64,000 nt of DNA from a virus: the IMG/VR virus record IMGVR_UViG_3300022074_000019, positions 1 to 64,000 of that record. The stretch is one strand, 5' to 3'. The notes below the pieces were generated by a model, which ran no database searches, was not told where the DNA came from, and was given only the letters and a program-made list of their open reading frames with translations. Within the stretch, counting starts at the first letter, position 1, and the number at the start of each line of letters is the position of its first letter. Positions 35,763 through 45,463 of this stretch are shown here, piece after piece. The position numbers and the translations under genes were made by a program.

Positions 35763-35996
35763 TTATTTTAACTTGTCTTCTCCTTCCAATAGTTTGTTGA
35801 AATCTTGCAAATCTTTTGCAATTTGTTCTTTCAGAATTCGATTAAGAATATTTTGATATGTCATCACTAATTTAGCTGACACAATCAATTGCTTACGTAG
35901 CTCGTCAATATCTGAGCACTCGTTAATTTCATCAGCAATAACCCTAAGCCTCAATTGACCTTCTAAAGGAATGTCAAAATCATCTTTGCTAAACAT
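35763..35996 (-). CDS. Second NblA-like helix-loop-helix protein
   Basis: IPLEGQLRLR...DELRKQL...YQNIL; 77 aa. Confidence 0.45.
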   Translation of the reverse strand: MFSKDDFDIPLEGQLRLRVIADEINECSDIDELRKQLIVSAKLVMTYQNILNRILKEQIAKDLQDFNKLLEGEDKLK

Positions 35997-36037
35997 TTGA
36001 TTATTGCTATTTATTTAAATACTAACCAGTTGATTTT

Positions 36038-37837
36038 TTAAATGTTGGCTAATGCCACAAGTGCATCAGTTTTGAATCCTGAATAAGTTGTATTGCTATT
36101 AAGTGCAGTTCGAACTCCTTCAAGTGCTGTAGTTAAAGTATTTAGTTTAGTTTGAACGTTTACGGTATTTACTAAGGTTTCGTTACCGTTGCTGTCAACA
36201 ACAAAATTAGTAATAAAAAGACTATCAGCATAAACACCTGAACTACGGACGCTTAATTGCTTTCCATTAGTTGCATGCTTCCAGCAGAAATCTTCCGTAT
36301 CACCAAACTCCCATGCCATTTCATTGGCAAAAGCTGTATTTCCAAAAGTCACATTGTTAGTTGAATCACTAGCAAGTTTAAGTGCTTGTCTACTGGAAGT
36401 TACGGAAGAACTGAAATCAACGCCAGCAACTGCTACGTCATTGGTAGTAATTGAAAGTGAAGCAAAGCTACTTCCACTGAGAGTGGCATAAGTTGCTGCA
36501 GCAAATGTTTTAAAGTCGTCCACATATTGACGCGTGGCGGCATCTGTTCCAAGCGATGGTGTAGCCACGTTATTAATTACTTGTCCTCCCATATTTAATG
36601 CACCCGAGAGAGTTCCTCCCGTTAGAAGCAGGTAATTATTCAAATCTGAATTTGTAGGCAATCCAGATACTGTTGTACTTAAGGAACTAATCGATGAAGT
36701 ATTTGTATCAATGTTGGATTGAAGTGTTGTGTCTGCTGCATTACTTGCAGTCTGTACAGCAGTTAGTGCAGTTTGAGTAGCTTTTGTTGAAAGATCTGAT
36801 TGCAGCGTTGTGATGCTACTTTGCAAAGCTGAAGAATCAAAAGCAATTGAGTTAGACCCAAAGGTTACGGTTGTTCCTCCTGCACCTGTAATTGCCACAT
36901 CGCTTGCATTGCCTGCACTATCAAGCAAACGAAGACCTGAAGGTGTAGTTAACGAATAAGTAACTGGAGAAACATTTTCAAGAGTTGTAACTCTTGTATC
37001 AAGTCCACTGATCTGCGTCGATGTAGTAGACGAAAGCGTTGTTACAGTTGACTGCAGTGTTGTAAATTCAGTTTCTTGGCTAAAGTCAGGCGTTGACGTT
37101 TGCCATGCACTGCCACTGCTCACATACAGTTGCAGAGTGCTGCTGTTGTACCAAAGTTCACCATCAGCTGTGATACTAGGAGCAGTTCCACTTACTGTAA
37201 TTGTTGCTCCAGATGAACCCTGAGAATTATCAATTTTAGTGTTCAGGAATTCAAGAGTATCAATCGACCACGCATTAAATTCCTTTTGAGTATCAACTCC
37301 TGTAGTTGATGGAAATACAGAAGGAACTGCGCCAAGATCAGTTACAGTTGTCGATGCAAGTGCTAGTTGATCTGTATTGATCGAGGTAGATGTAACTAGA
37401 GTCCACTGATTTCCTGTATACAGGTAAAGGCTTTGAGTACTCGGCTGATACCATAAAGCACCTTCAATAGCACTGTTAGGCTGAGTATCAGAAAGAACTG
37501 TCAGTTGATCTGCACCATTTGTTTGATGAAAGTCACCGCCAATCCAAACCATCATTCGGCCTTGACGTTTGTCAAACCAAAGATCACCATCCTCAGGATA
37601 ATTAAGCCACTGACCACCAATTACAGCACCTTCTGAATCAGTCTCAGGCAGCCAGCCAGGAGGATAGTCTCCTACACCAATATTGCCCCACTCCTTTTTA
37701 ATATCTAAAATTGCATCACGAATTCCTGCATAACTTGGCGCATACTCATTCGGTAGAGCATTATTGCGAAGACGCAGTTCATTGAATGCTGCAACGATGC
37801 CAGCGTATGAATCGTTCTGATAAGTAGACACGCGCAA
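36038..37837 (-). CDS. Fibre/spike-like structural protein
   Basis: GDLWF, GALWY and GELWY repeats, Ser/Thr coiled coils and DAATRQYVD. Confidence 0.75.
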   Translation of the reverse strand: MRVSTYQNDSYAGIVAAFNELRLRNNALPNEYAPSYAGIRDAILDIKKEWGNIGVGDYPPGWLPETDSEGAVIGGQWLNYPEDGDLWFDKRQGRMMVWIGGDFHQTNGADQLTVLSDTQPNSAIEGALWYQPSTQSLYLYTGNQWTLVTSTSINTDQLALASTTVTDLGAVPSVFPSTTGVDTQKEFNAWSIDTLEFLNTKIDNSQGSSGATITVSGTAPSITADGELWYNSSTLQLYVSSGSAWQTSTPDFSQETEFTTLQSTVTTLSSTTSTQISGLDTRVTTLENVSPVTYSLTTPSGLRLLDSAGNASDVAITGAGGTTVTFGSNSIAFDSSALQSSITTLQSDLSTKATQTALTAVQTASNAADTTLQSNIDTNTSSISSLSTTVSGLPTNSDLNNYLLLTGGTLSGALNMGGQVINNVATPSLGTDAATRQYVDDFKTFAAATYATLSGSSFASLSITTNDVAVAGVDFSSSVTSSRQALKLASDSTNNVTFGNTAFANEMAWEFGDTEDFCWKHATNGKQLSVRSSGVYADSLFITNFVVDSNGNETLVNTVNVQTKLNTLTTALEGVRTALNSNTTYSGFKTDALVALANI

Positions 37838-37886
37838 CTATTAACACTACTATTTCTATTGTAGTGAAGCAGTATCGCATTCTTGC

Positions 37887-39665
37887 TTAAAACTGACTGG
37901 TCAAAAACACATATCCAAGCTCAACGTCATCTAAGTTAAGTGCTTCTGCAAGAGCTGCGACTACTTCAATCGTTGTTATTTCAGATCGCTTCATTTGTTC
38001 AAGAAACTCATCGCCCACCTCTTGAATTTCTTTTGCAAGCTTCTTTTCAAACTTTAAGCGTGATTCAATACTAGGAAACGTATTAGGTTCTTGAACTCTT
38101 ATCTTGTTGATAAACATTGCAGCAATTGAATGCTTGCATACTTTAAATCCTTTTTTGTATTGCTCAGTTGCCCAGCTTTCAATAATACCTGTTGCTTGGG
38201 CAACACCCTCAATATCAAATGAATTAGGACTTTTTGCACTAGGTGCTGGATACCTAGATTGCCTATTGATTCTTCCTGTATCGCTATCAAAGGTTTCTGG
38301 CTGACGTAGTTTGCCTCTGATATGAGCAGGGCAGCTACATGAGTAGAGATCTGCATATGAGAGAGTTCTTCCTGTCAAAAATATTTGATCGAGAAATGGG
38401 TCAATACTTAAATTAATTTTTTGCCAAGCACTTTCGCCTGGAATTAGTGGTTGATGAAAATAGTTGCCATCTTCATCGATGTCTACATCTTGATACGTAA
38501 AACTATTAGCGGGAAATACAATAAATCTATTTTGTTCATATGGAGTATAGAGTGTCAGCGTACTTTTAAATATTGTCGATGTAATCTCTAATTCATTTGT
38601 GGCTGGACGTGCCATGACTGATTGAATTGTCCAAGGCATAATTGCATAAGATGAAGTTCCTACTTCACTTGCAACCACATCTCCAGTTAGATATTTATTG
38701 CCAAAATACTTTTGGTAGTCAGACTTTCTAAAAAAGAATGATCCTTGCAAAGTACTTGTTGTATTTGTTGTGTTGAAAATTACTTCTAGGCTGGCTATAT
38801 CACCAAGCGTTGGTGGCAAGTTAGTTGTATTCTTTAGAATTTGAAGCTCTTCGCCAGTGCGAGAATCATTTTCAATAACTTCAAAGTATGTCTCAAAATC
38901 TTTGAATTCAGTCAGTGAGGTGACAGCAGTGACGTTGTAAAACTCAGGGGTATAAACAATTTGACCAACTAATGCTTGAATATCATTGTTGTTTTCTTGT
39001 ATGAAGCTTGTTGCCATGATGTCACTCAATGGCATGGTTGCTACGATCTGCAGTCCATCTTTCGAGCTTTTGCCTTTATATACAGCAGGTCGTCGATTTG
39101 AAGTTAGTACTTGCTCAATATTGGCAGAGGCATTTCCATCAGTTACTCGTTCGCCAAGTGATCGCAATAAACTTGCATCACTATTAGCATTGCCTTGAAC
39201 TTGAACAACAACTTCTCTATTCAAATATCCTTCAGGAAAATTAATTTGATCTGCTTCTATACTTGTAATTACACCTACAGAATGCTGAGCTGAAGCCGAT
39301 CGTTTAATTGTATAGTGAGTTCTACTGTCAGAATTTTTAGTTGCAAACCTATATCCAGTAAACGTTACTGGTGTTTCAGCAGGAGTACCTTGATACAGAA
39401 CAGCATTAGCCGCGTCGTAGGGTAAATACGCTGCTTGATAGTAGTACTCCGTGCCCTTGCGCCATCTGGCCCAAGTACTATCCATATCGAATTGCTCGAT
39501 TGCGCTTCTAGTTACTGTCGAGCCATAGCGACGATCGCTTGGATAATTGCCTGCAGCCCCTGGCCCTTTCGCTTTATCTGTTCGATTGTTGACCTCAGTT
39601 ACAGCAAATGACTTCGATCTACCAAATGATTTACTACCGAAGCCATTTTGCTTTCTAGGCATCAA
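37887..39665 (-). CDS. Large protein with a SWIM-type Zn finger
   Basis: YSCSCP...CKH. Confidence 0.7.
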   Translation of the reverse strand: MMPRKQNGFGSKSFGRSKSFAVTEVNNRTDKAKGPGAAGNYPSDRRYGSTVTRSAIEQFDMDSTWARWRKGTEYYYQAAYLPYDAANAVLYQGTPAETPVTFTGYRFATKNSDSRTHYTIKRSASAQHSVGVITSIEADQINFPEGYLNREVVVQVQGNANSDASLLRSLGERVTDGNASANIEQVLTSNRRPAVYKGKSSKDGLQIVATMPLSDIMATSFIQENNNDIQALVGQIVYTPEFYNVTAVTSLTEFKDFETYFEVIENDSRTGEELQILKNTTNLPPTLGDIASLEVIFNTTNTTSTLQGSFFFRKSDYQKYFGNKYLTGDVVASEVGTSSYAIMPWTIQSVMARPATNELEITSTIFKSTLTLYTPYEQNRFIVFPANSFTYQDVDIDEDGNYFHQPLIPGESAWQKINLSIDPFLDQIFLTGRTLSYADLYSCSCPAHIRGKLRQPETFDSDTGRINRQSRYPAPSAKSPNSFDIEGVAQATGIIESWATEQYKKGFKVCKHSIAAMFINKIRVQEPNTFPSIESRLKFEKKLAKEIQEVGDEFLEQMKRSEITTIEVVAALAEALNLDDVELGYVFLTSQF

Positions 39666-40144
39666 TAGAATCCGCCTTGAGCTGCAATAACAGGAGTGCC
39701 AGCACTGTTAGCAGGCCCAGCAAGCTGCAACGAGCACCAAAGAACAGAGCCTTTTGGAATATAAAGTGCACGCACTTGTGGATCACCGCCAGTACCTGGC
39801 AACGGAGCTAAAACTTTCGGCAGTGAAGTACACGAACGGATTTGTCCCGCAGTAGTGGGGCTATCAATTTGCTGAATGTATGTCGCGTCACTTGGCCTGA
39901 GATAATCTACTGCTGTGCTGAGATAAAACACAGCTTTGTATGAAACTGTACTACGTGCAATTACGTACAGATCTTCTACAATTGCGCCATCATTAGATGT
40001 GCAATCAACAAGGACAGACGACTCATTAGTTCCCAAAATATCGAGACTTGTTGCAGATCCTGAAGTTAAACTGTTTGATTCAACAACTGAATGAAACGGA
40101 CGATCAACCAGCAGGGGTTGTTTATTAGTAGCTGTAGTAGCCAT
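39662..40144 (-). CDS. Putative virion structural protein
   Basis: Beta-rich and coupled within the operon. Confidence 0.65.
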   Translation of the reverse strand: MATTATNKQPLLVDRPFHSVVESNSLTSGSATSLDILGTNESSVLVDCTSNDGAIVEDLYVIARSTVSYKAVFYLSTAVDYLRPSDATYIQQIDSPTTAGQIRSCTSLPKVLAPLPGTGGDPQVRALYIPKGSVLWCSLQLAGPANSAGTPVIAAQGGFY

Positions 40145-40815
40145 TATTTGTTACCTTTACGAATTGTAGTTTTAGTAGATCCAGGAATCATTGAGCCATC
40201 GTCTGGAGACATGACTTGAGCTGCTGCTTGTGCATCAGGTACGCCCTGAAGCGTAAGTCCGCCCTCAGAGTTTCCTGACATTGTAGAAGGAACAGCACCA
40301 GGATTAAAGACTCCACCCTCCTGTGCCATATCCATGTCAAAACCCATCATTCCAAGGGGACCGACTTGATAAGGAAGTTGATCACCTGAACCATAAAGCT
40401 TTTCACCACGTTCAGCTGCTTGCTGAGCCAAGTGCATTGGCTCCATCATGTCTTGCGATTCACGTAGAGGTTGTTGAATCGAACCGTAGGCAGCATTAAG
40501 ACCACGGCCTTCTACAATGTTTTGATTTCGATCGGAGTTAGGTGCATAACCAGGAGTGCCTACTTTGCTAAACACATCAGGTGTGAACACTTCATCACCG
40601 TAAGGAGACTGAGCACCACCATCAAGGCTTGAAGGGGTCGGAGCGCCTCCTCCCATTGACTTACCCACCATCGGGTTATTCATCATGTTGCCGGCTCCCT
40701 GAGGGGCCATAGGCATAGGCTGAGGTGCACCAGCAAAGGTGGCGTTTGACTGACTTGTCATAGTCGGGTCAACATCACCTGCTGCTTTGCGACGGTTAAT
40801 CTTTTCTTGAGACAT
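40144..40815 (-). CDS. Met/Gly/Pro-rich low-complexity protein (possible internal virion protein)
   Basis: Composition and operon context. Confidence 0.65.
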   Translation of the reverse strand: MSQEKINRRKAAGDVDPTMTSQSNATFAGAPQPMPMAPQGAGNMMNNPMVGKSMGGGAPTPSSLDGGAQSPYGDEVFTPDVFSKVGTPGYAPNSDRNQNIVEGRGLNAAYGSIQQPLRESQDMMEPMHLAQQAAERGEKLYGSGDQLPYQVGPLGMMGFDMDMAQEGGVFNPGAVPSTMSGNSEGGLTLQGVPDAQAAAQVMSPDDGSMIPGSTKTTIRKGNK

Positions 40816-40816
40816 A

Positions 40817-41251
40817 TCAAGCTCCGTAGATTTGTTGACGGTTGTTCAATCCGGGATACTGCATGCCTTGAGCAAGCATTGCCAAACGCTCAGCAGCTAG
40901 ACCACCTGAAATTTCAGGATCAACTTGTGGTTGTATTGTTGCGGATGTTTCACCATCAGCAAAACCTGTTGTGTTCAGTGGATCGCCAATAATTTGATTG
41001 CCTGCAGCATCAAACCGTGGTTTAAAAATACCAGTAGCTCCATCAATCTGGTCTCCCGCCATCAAGTTGCTGTTGCCGTACTTGGGATGACGAGATGCTT
41101 TTGAAGCTTCGCCAGATCCATTTTCGTAAACAGACTGGATACCAAAGATAAAATCGTTTTGCCCGGCTTGAGCGATAGCAGCGGCTTTCTTGGATTGATA
41201 ATCCGTATCTTTTCCGCGACCCATTGTTATTTTTTGAGTTCCGTGATGCAT
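40817..41251 (-). CDS. Hypothetical protein
   Basis: Operon context; start uncertain. Confidence 0.6.
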   Translation of the reverse strand: MHHGTQKITMGRGKDTDYQSKKAAAIAQAGQNDFIFGIQSVYENGSGEASKASRHPKYGNSNLMAGDQIDGATGIFKPRFDAAGNQIIGDPLNTTGFADGETSATIQPQVDPEISGGLAAERLAMLAQGMQYPGLNNRQQIYGA

Positions 41252-41286
41252 GGGTTCACAAAGTATTTCCTAGATATATTCTAATA

Positions 41287-41766
41287 CTATCGATAGTTTT
41301 GGTTTAACCAAATGCGTGAACCCACTGCTGTGTCTGCAGGACCAGGAATAGCCATGACAAATTCAGATCCTGAGCGTTCAAATGCATAGCGACGGACGTC
41401 AGGACGCCGATAGTTAGGAACATATAGAGTTTCAGCAAGACGGTCAACTTCACGTAGGTAGATCTCACGTGCATATGAATCGCCTTTCAAAGGATCAGTC
41501 GTGCGAATTGTTCGCTGAACATCACCAGCAATCTGTTCGATCCGGCTTGCGTTTACTTGACCATTAGCAGTGTCATAGTATTCACTGGCTTCATAAGCAA
41601 CGTCACAGCGGCGAATGTGATCAACAATTTGATTGTAAAAATACTCATCTGGGATGAGCGCCATTGCTTCTTCTAGACGAGCACGATCACCAGCAGGAAG
41701 TTGTGAGCCAGAATTAAATCCTAGATGGAATCTAGTTTTTGACTTCAGTAGTTCGTTTAGTTCCAT
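41287..41766 (-). CDS. Putative head-tail adaptor
   Basis: Helical protein downstream of the capsid genes; KTRFHLG N-terminus. Confidence 0.5.
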   Translation of the reverse strand: MELNELLKSKTRFHLGFNSGSQLPAGDRARLEEAMALIPDEYFYNQIVDHIRRCDVAYEASEYYDTANGQVNASRIEQIAGDVQRTIRTTDPLKGDSYAREIYLREVDRLAETLYVPNYRRPDVRRYAFERSGSEFVMAIPGPADTAVGSRIWLNQNYR

Positions 41767-42176
41767 TAGCCAAGAATCCCATCACGTGTATATGCTGCTT
41801 TTAGAATCTGCTGCAATTCATACTGTTGATCGGGTGTCATCTCTTTTCCTGCAGCCTCTTGTGCTTGCAGTTCAGCCAAAAGTGCTCCTGTTCGTCCAGA
41901 TTCCTGCATTGCAGATTGTTGAGCTGCTGCTCCTAAGCCACCACCGAGGATTGCTCCTACAAGACCACCAGCCATACGAATGCCAGGTTTCAAAATACGG
42001 TTTGTCCCTCGCATATTGCCAATAGCTTTTCCAAGTGGCTGTGCCAATGAACCGCCAAGTACACCTAGACCACCGCCCAGCGCGGCGGCTGCAGCAGTCG
42101 AATCACTTAGGCGAGGACCCTGTTCTGCCTCATTGGCAGCTTGCGCCAACAAAATTTGTTCTAGACGAGGATCCAT
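41766..42176 (-). CDS. Gly-zipper hypothetical protein
   Basis: Two Gly-rich hydrophobic segments; RMAG motif. Confidence 0.65.
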   Translation of the reverse strand: MDPRLEQILLAQAANEAEQGPRLSDSTAAAAALGGGLGVLGGSLAQPLGKAIGNMRGTNRILKPGIRMAGGLVGAILGGGLGAAAQQSAMQESGRTGALLAELQAQEAAGKEMTPDQQYELQQILKAAYTRDGILG

Positions 42177-42202
42177 TTGTCTTCTGCCTTTGTATTCTTA
42201 TT

Positions 42203-42637
42203 TTAACTAATGAAGATAAGGTCTTCTTCAATTAGTTGTTCCCAATTAACACGGGGGATGTTTTCTAGTTGCTTGAGATTTGAAAAACGTTCTCCGCTTA
42301 AGGACATTCGCAATTCAACAATACGCTTAGCAGTTGCATAGCCAACACCAGGCAGTCGTTTTGCAATCTGTTCAGCAGGAGCAGTGTTCAAATTTAGACG
42401 AGTATCTTCAATGGGTACTACAGGATTAGGAAGAGGCTCTTCTGGCGGAGGAGCAATTTGAGGTGCTTCTACTTTGGCCAGTCGGCCTTTCTCACGGCTA
42501 TAAGGAACAAGCTGCTCTAGAGTTACATATGTAATGGCTCCACCAGCATCACGCACCATTGCATATTCCTTATCGTGCTTGGCAATAAATTCAACCAATT
42601 TGCCAGTCTTACTATCTTGAAATAGATTACTATCCAT
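42203..42637 (-). CDS. Helix-hairpin-helix (ComEA-like) DNA-binding protein
   Basis: LNLNTA...LPGVGYATAKRIV...FSNLKQL. Confidence 0.8.
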   Translation of the reverse strand: MDSNLFQDSKTGKLVEFIAKHDKEYAMVRDAGGAITYVTLEQLVPYSREKGRLAKVEAPQIAPPPEEPLPNPVVPIEDTRLNLNTAPAEQIAKRLPGVGYATAKRIVELRMSLSGERFSNLKQLENIPRVNWEQLIEEDLIFIS

Positions 42638-42673
42638 TATTATTTAGGGTAAGCATACATTTATTATAGACAT

Positions 42674-42700
42674 AAAAAAGCGCCCCACAAGGAGCGCCTT
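42674..42700 (-). terminator. Terminator after the capsid operon
   Basis: GGCGCTCC/GGGGCGCT stem followed by T6 on the - strand. Confidence 0.7.
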
Positions 42701-42719
42701 TGATGTTATTGATGATGGA

Positions 42720-43289
42720 TCAATATCCAGAGCCGGATTCGCTCTTATAGGGGATACTGTAGTCATCAACGTCGGGGCCAGGAGCGTCAACGTAGTAGCA
42801 GACTTCAACCATAACGGCTGCACAGTCAGCAGGATCAACGATCGTCAGAGCACCAGAGTAAGCAGCAGAGATGGTGATCTCGCTGGACTCGATGGACACA
42901 GCACCGTTGCTGAAGGTGGTAGAAGCACCAGCGGCGGGGAATGCACCAGCCACAGCAGCCAAAGAAGCTTCAGTGTTTGTGGTGGTAGTCAAACCATCAA
43001 CAGCCACAGTGTCAGTGCCACTTGCTTTCAGGTTGGTAGTGCTGATAGCAGTGCGATAGACGGTAGCACCAGCGGGAACCTTAAAAGGCTTATCCAGACG
43101 GGGCTTGTCGTCAGCACGGAGGTCAGGAGAAAGGATCTCCAGAGCCAGGGTGCCACCGCCAGTTTGGTTTGCGGTGACGATAGCGATGCCACGGAGTTGG
43201 TAGTACTCAACACCGGGGACGGCCAGCACACCCTGTTCGCGATAAGCGTTCAGGTGAGCTACATAGTTACCGGGAAAAATTACAGACAT
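42720..43289 (-). CDS. Putative minor capsid/decoration protein
   Basis: Directly after the MCP, with a GGAGG SD and high-expression codon bias. Confidence 0.65.
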   Translation of the reverse strand: MSVIFPGNYVAHLNAYREQGVLAVPGVEYYQLRGIAIVTANQTGGGTLALEILSPDLRADDKPRLDKPFKVPAGATVYRTAISTTNLKASGTDTVAVDGLTTTTNTEASLAAVAGAFPAAGASTTFSNGAVSIESSEITISAAYSGALTIVDPADCAAVMVEVCYYVDAPGPDVDDYSIPYKSESGSGY

Positions 43290-43304
43290 TGTTAGTTCCT
43301 CCTA

Positions 43305-44432
43305 TCAATATACGAAAGAGTAACCAACCGTGATGAAGTCCTTATTCAGTACTTCAAAACCGGCAAACAGGGACCAGATCATGATGATAAAACGAGAGAA
43401 GTCGTCGTTGTTGTTCAACAGGATCTGAGCGTTGTTACCACCGATACCCACGCCAACAGCCTGAGGACCGAAGAAGATCAGTTGAGATGCGGCGTAATCA
43501 GCGGCACCTGAACCGGCATCGGTAATCGTCAGGTTGAAGGTCGTTTCAGGAAGGTTGGTGGACTCGAACCAACGGACACCTTCAAAAAGGAAGCCAGTGG
43601 GCATCACGGGCTGACCAGCCACAAAGCCGGCTTGGCCATAGCCAGGACCCATGCCTTGGAAGAAGGAAGCGTTGGGAGCAGCGTTGGGCTGCATGGGGTT
43701 GATCATGCCGTTACCGGGGTAACGAGCAATCTCGCGGAAGTCAGAGTTCTGACGAAGATGCATCATCGCGGTCGGATCCACGATGCAGCGGTAGTAACCA
43801 TCAGCGAAGGTCGGGACGTTGCGCTTACGCATGTCCTTGACGACTTCCAGAAGGTCAGTGGTCACGTCAAACTTGGCAGATTCACCAGCTGCGTAGTTGA
43901 CGCCCTTGGCTTTGCCACCAGGCAGGTAATAACCACCTTGGTCTTTGCCAGCAATACCGTTGGCTTCGGCCTTCAGCAGTTCGTTTGCAAAGACGCGGTC
44001 ACGCCAGCGGCGATAGTCGTCCAGCAGGGTCAGAGAACCGATGGACTGGTGGAAGACGTTGAGGTTACCGGTGTCAAGCAGCAGGCGCTGAGCGGTGATC
44101 AGGGTTTCGCGAGCAACCTTGAAAGTAGAAGGCTGGGCGCTGTCACGAGTATCGGCGGGACCGGTGTATTCGCGCAGGGTCACCAAGACCTTGTCTTTAA
44201 CAATATTGCGTGCAGAGGCGGTTCCGAGGGTTTGATCTGCGGTCCGCTCACGGGACTCCTTAGTGCCAGGCTTGCCCCAGAAGCGATAGCGATCAAGCTG
44301 CACAGTTTGACCGGGTTGCTTACTGAAGTCATGTACGACCACGGGCTCCACAGCCATCTCAATGATGTATGCGGGGTGGGGACGATACAGTTCGGCACCA
44401 AGAAGTTTTGGAAAATCATTATCAATCCACAT
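43305..44432 (-). CDS. Major capsid protein (HK97 fold, N4 gp56-like)
   Basis: 375 aa; GQTV, TLREY, FEGVRWFES and DDFSR motifs; strongest C-ending codon bias. Confidence 0.8.
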   Translation of the reverse strand: MWIDNDFPKLLGAELYRPHPAYIIEMAVEPVVVHDFSKQPGQTVQLDRYRFWGKPGTKESRERTADQTLGTASARNIVKDKVLVTLREYTGPADTRDSAQPSTFKVARETLITAQRLLLDTGNLNVFHQSIGSLTLLDDYRRWRDRVFANELLKAEANGIAGKDQGGYYLPGGKAKGVNYAAGESAKFDVTTDLLEVVKDMRKRNVPTFADGYYRCIVDPTAMMHLRQNSDFREIARYPGNGMINPMQPNAAPNASFFQGMGPGYGQAGFVAGQPVMPTGFLFEGVRWFESTNLPETTFNLTITDAGSGAADYAASQLIFFGPQAVGVGIGGNNAQILLNNNDDFSRFIIMIWSLFAGFEVLNKDFITVGYSFVY

Positions 44433-44546
44433 CGGATCGTAACTCCAAAACTAAAAGGTTTATAAGCGACATTCGACTTTGCCGCATAACTAGATGTTAC
44501 TTAAATTAGATATAATTTTTATATGAATACCCAAGAATATTAGGTA

Positions 44547-44939
44547 ATGGAATTTATCGATAGCAAGGAATGGGTGCCTGTGCATACTCTTCCCGGTTTC
44601 GAATGCTGCATCGAATATTATGTAAATGCTTCTGGTGATATCAAAAGCACTAAAGGGACAATTGAACGTATTCTTAAACAGAAAATTGCAAAGACTGGAT
44701 ATCCTGTTGTTAATTTGACTCAGCGTGTGGGTCGTAAGAAGATACTTACTATTCCAGTTCATACACTTGTAGCTTTTGCTTTTCTAGGATTACCACCAAC
44801 TCCCTACGGTAAGCGTAAAGGTTGTAGTGTTGTTCGTCATATTGATGGCAACAAGAAAAATAATAAAGTAGAAAACCTAATGTGGATCAAACGTCAGCAA
44901 CAAAAAATAACTAAAATAGAGAAAGTAGAAATTGAGTAA
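44547..44939 (+). CDS. NUMOD4/HNH homing endonuclease
   Basis: EWVPV...YYVNASG, VHTLVAFAF and VRHIDGNKKNNKVENLMW. Confidence 0.85.
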   Translation: MEFIDSKEWVPVHTLPGFECCIEYYVNASGDIKSTKGTIERILKQKIAKTGYPVVNLTQRVGRKKILTIPVHTLVAFAFLGLPPTPYGKRKGCSVVRHIDGNKKNNKVENLMWIKRQQQKITKIEKVEIE

Positions 44940-44947
44940 AACATCTA

Positions 44948-45463
44948 ATGGCTGATCGAGTTATCTACAAAGGTGGACAATCTGTTCCTGTCAATACTGG
45001 TGGTAATATTCAATTGGTCCTTCCCAAGCGTGGTAGTTATCATAGATTTCCTCGTTGGTGGAATAAGAAGCCCGGAGCTTATATTGAGTGTGCAATCTTT
45101 CGAGTCAAGCTAGATAATGGGTCTTACGTTCGTCTGATTATTCCTTCGGCAGACCGCATTAATCTTGAGATCCGTCACGACGGATTTGGTAACTTTACTT
45201 TTCCTGCAGCACGAATTGATCGGGTAGCTATTTTTAAAGATGAGTCTCCCGATCTGTTGGTTGAATATCAATTTTCTAAAATTTCTGGTGGCAAAGTTCT
45301 AAAGCGTAGTGTGTCTCCACTGCCTCCTTATCCTGCACCACCTGAGCCGCTTACTCCTTTGGAAAAGTTTCCACGTCGCCCTTCTGCTCTCAAACGTCGT
45401 AAAAAGACAACGATTAAAGTTGAGGTTAAAGATCAAGCTGAAGAATCGACGTCAGACAGTTAA
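44948..45463 (+). CDS. Hypothetical protein
   Basis: ATG ORF preceded by TAAAATAG. Confidence 0.6.
   Translation: MADRVIYKGGQSVPVNTGGNIQLVLPKRGSYHRFPRWWNKKPGAYIECAIFRVKLDNGSYVRLIIPSADRINLEIRHDGFGNFTFPAARIDRVAIFKDESPDLLVEYQFSKISGGKVLKRSVSPLPPYPAPPEPLTPLEKFPRRPSALKRRKKTTIKVEVKDQAEESTSDS

Noticed and set aside
43632-44465. 277-aa + strand ORF opposite the major capsid gene
   Set aside because: Antisense shadow caused by the strong codon bias of the MCP; no recognisable motifs.
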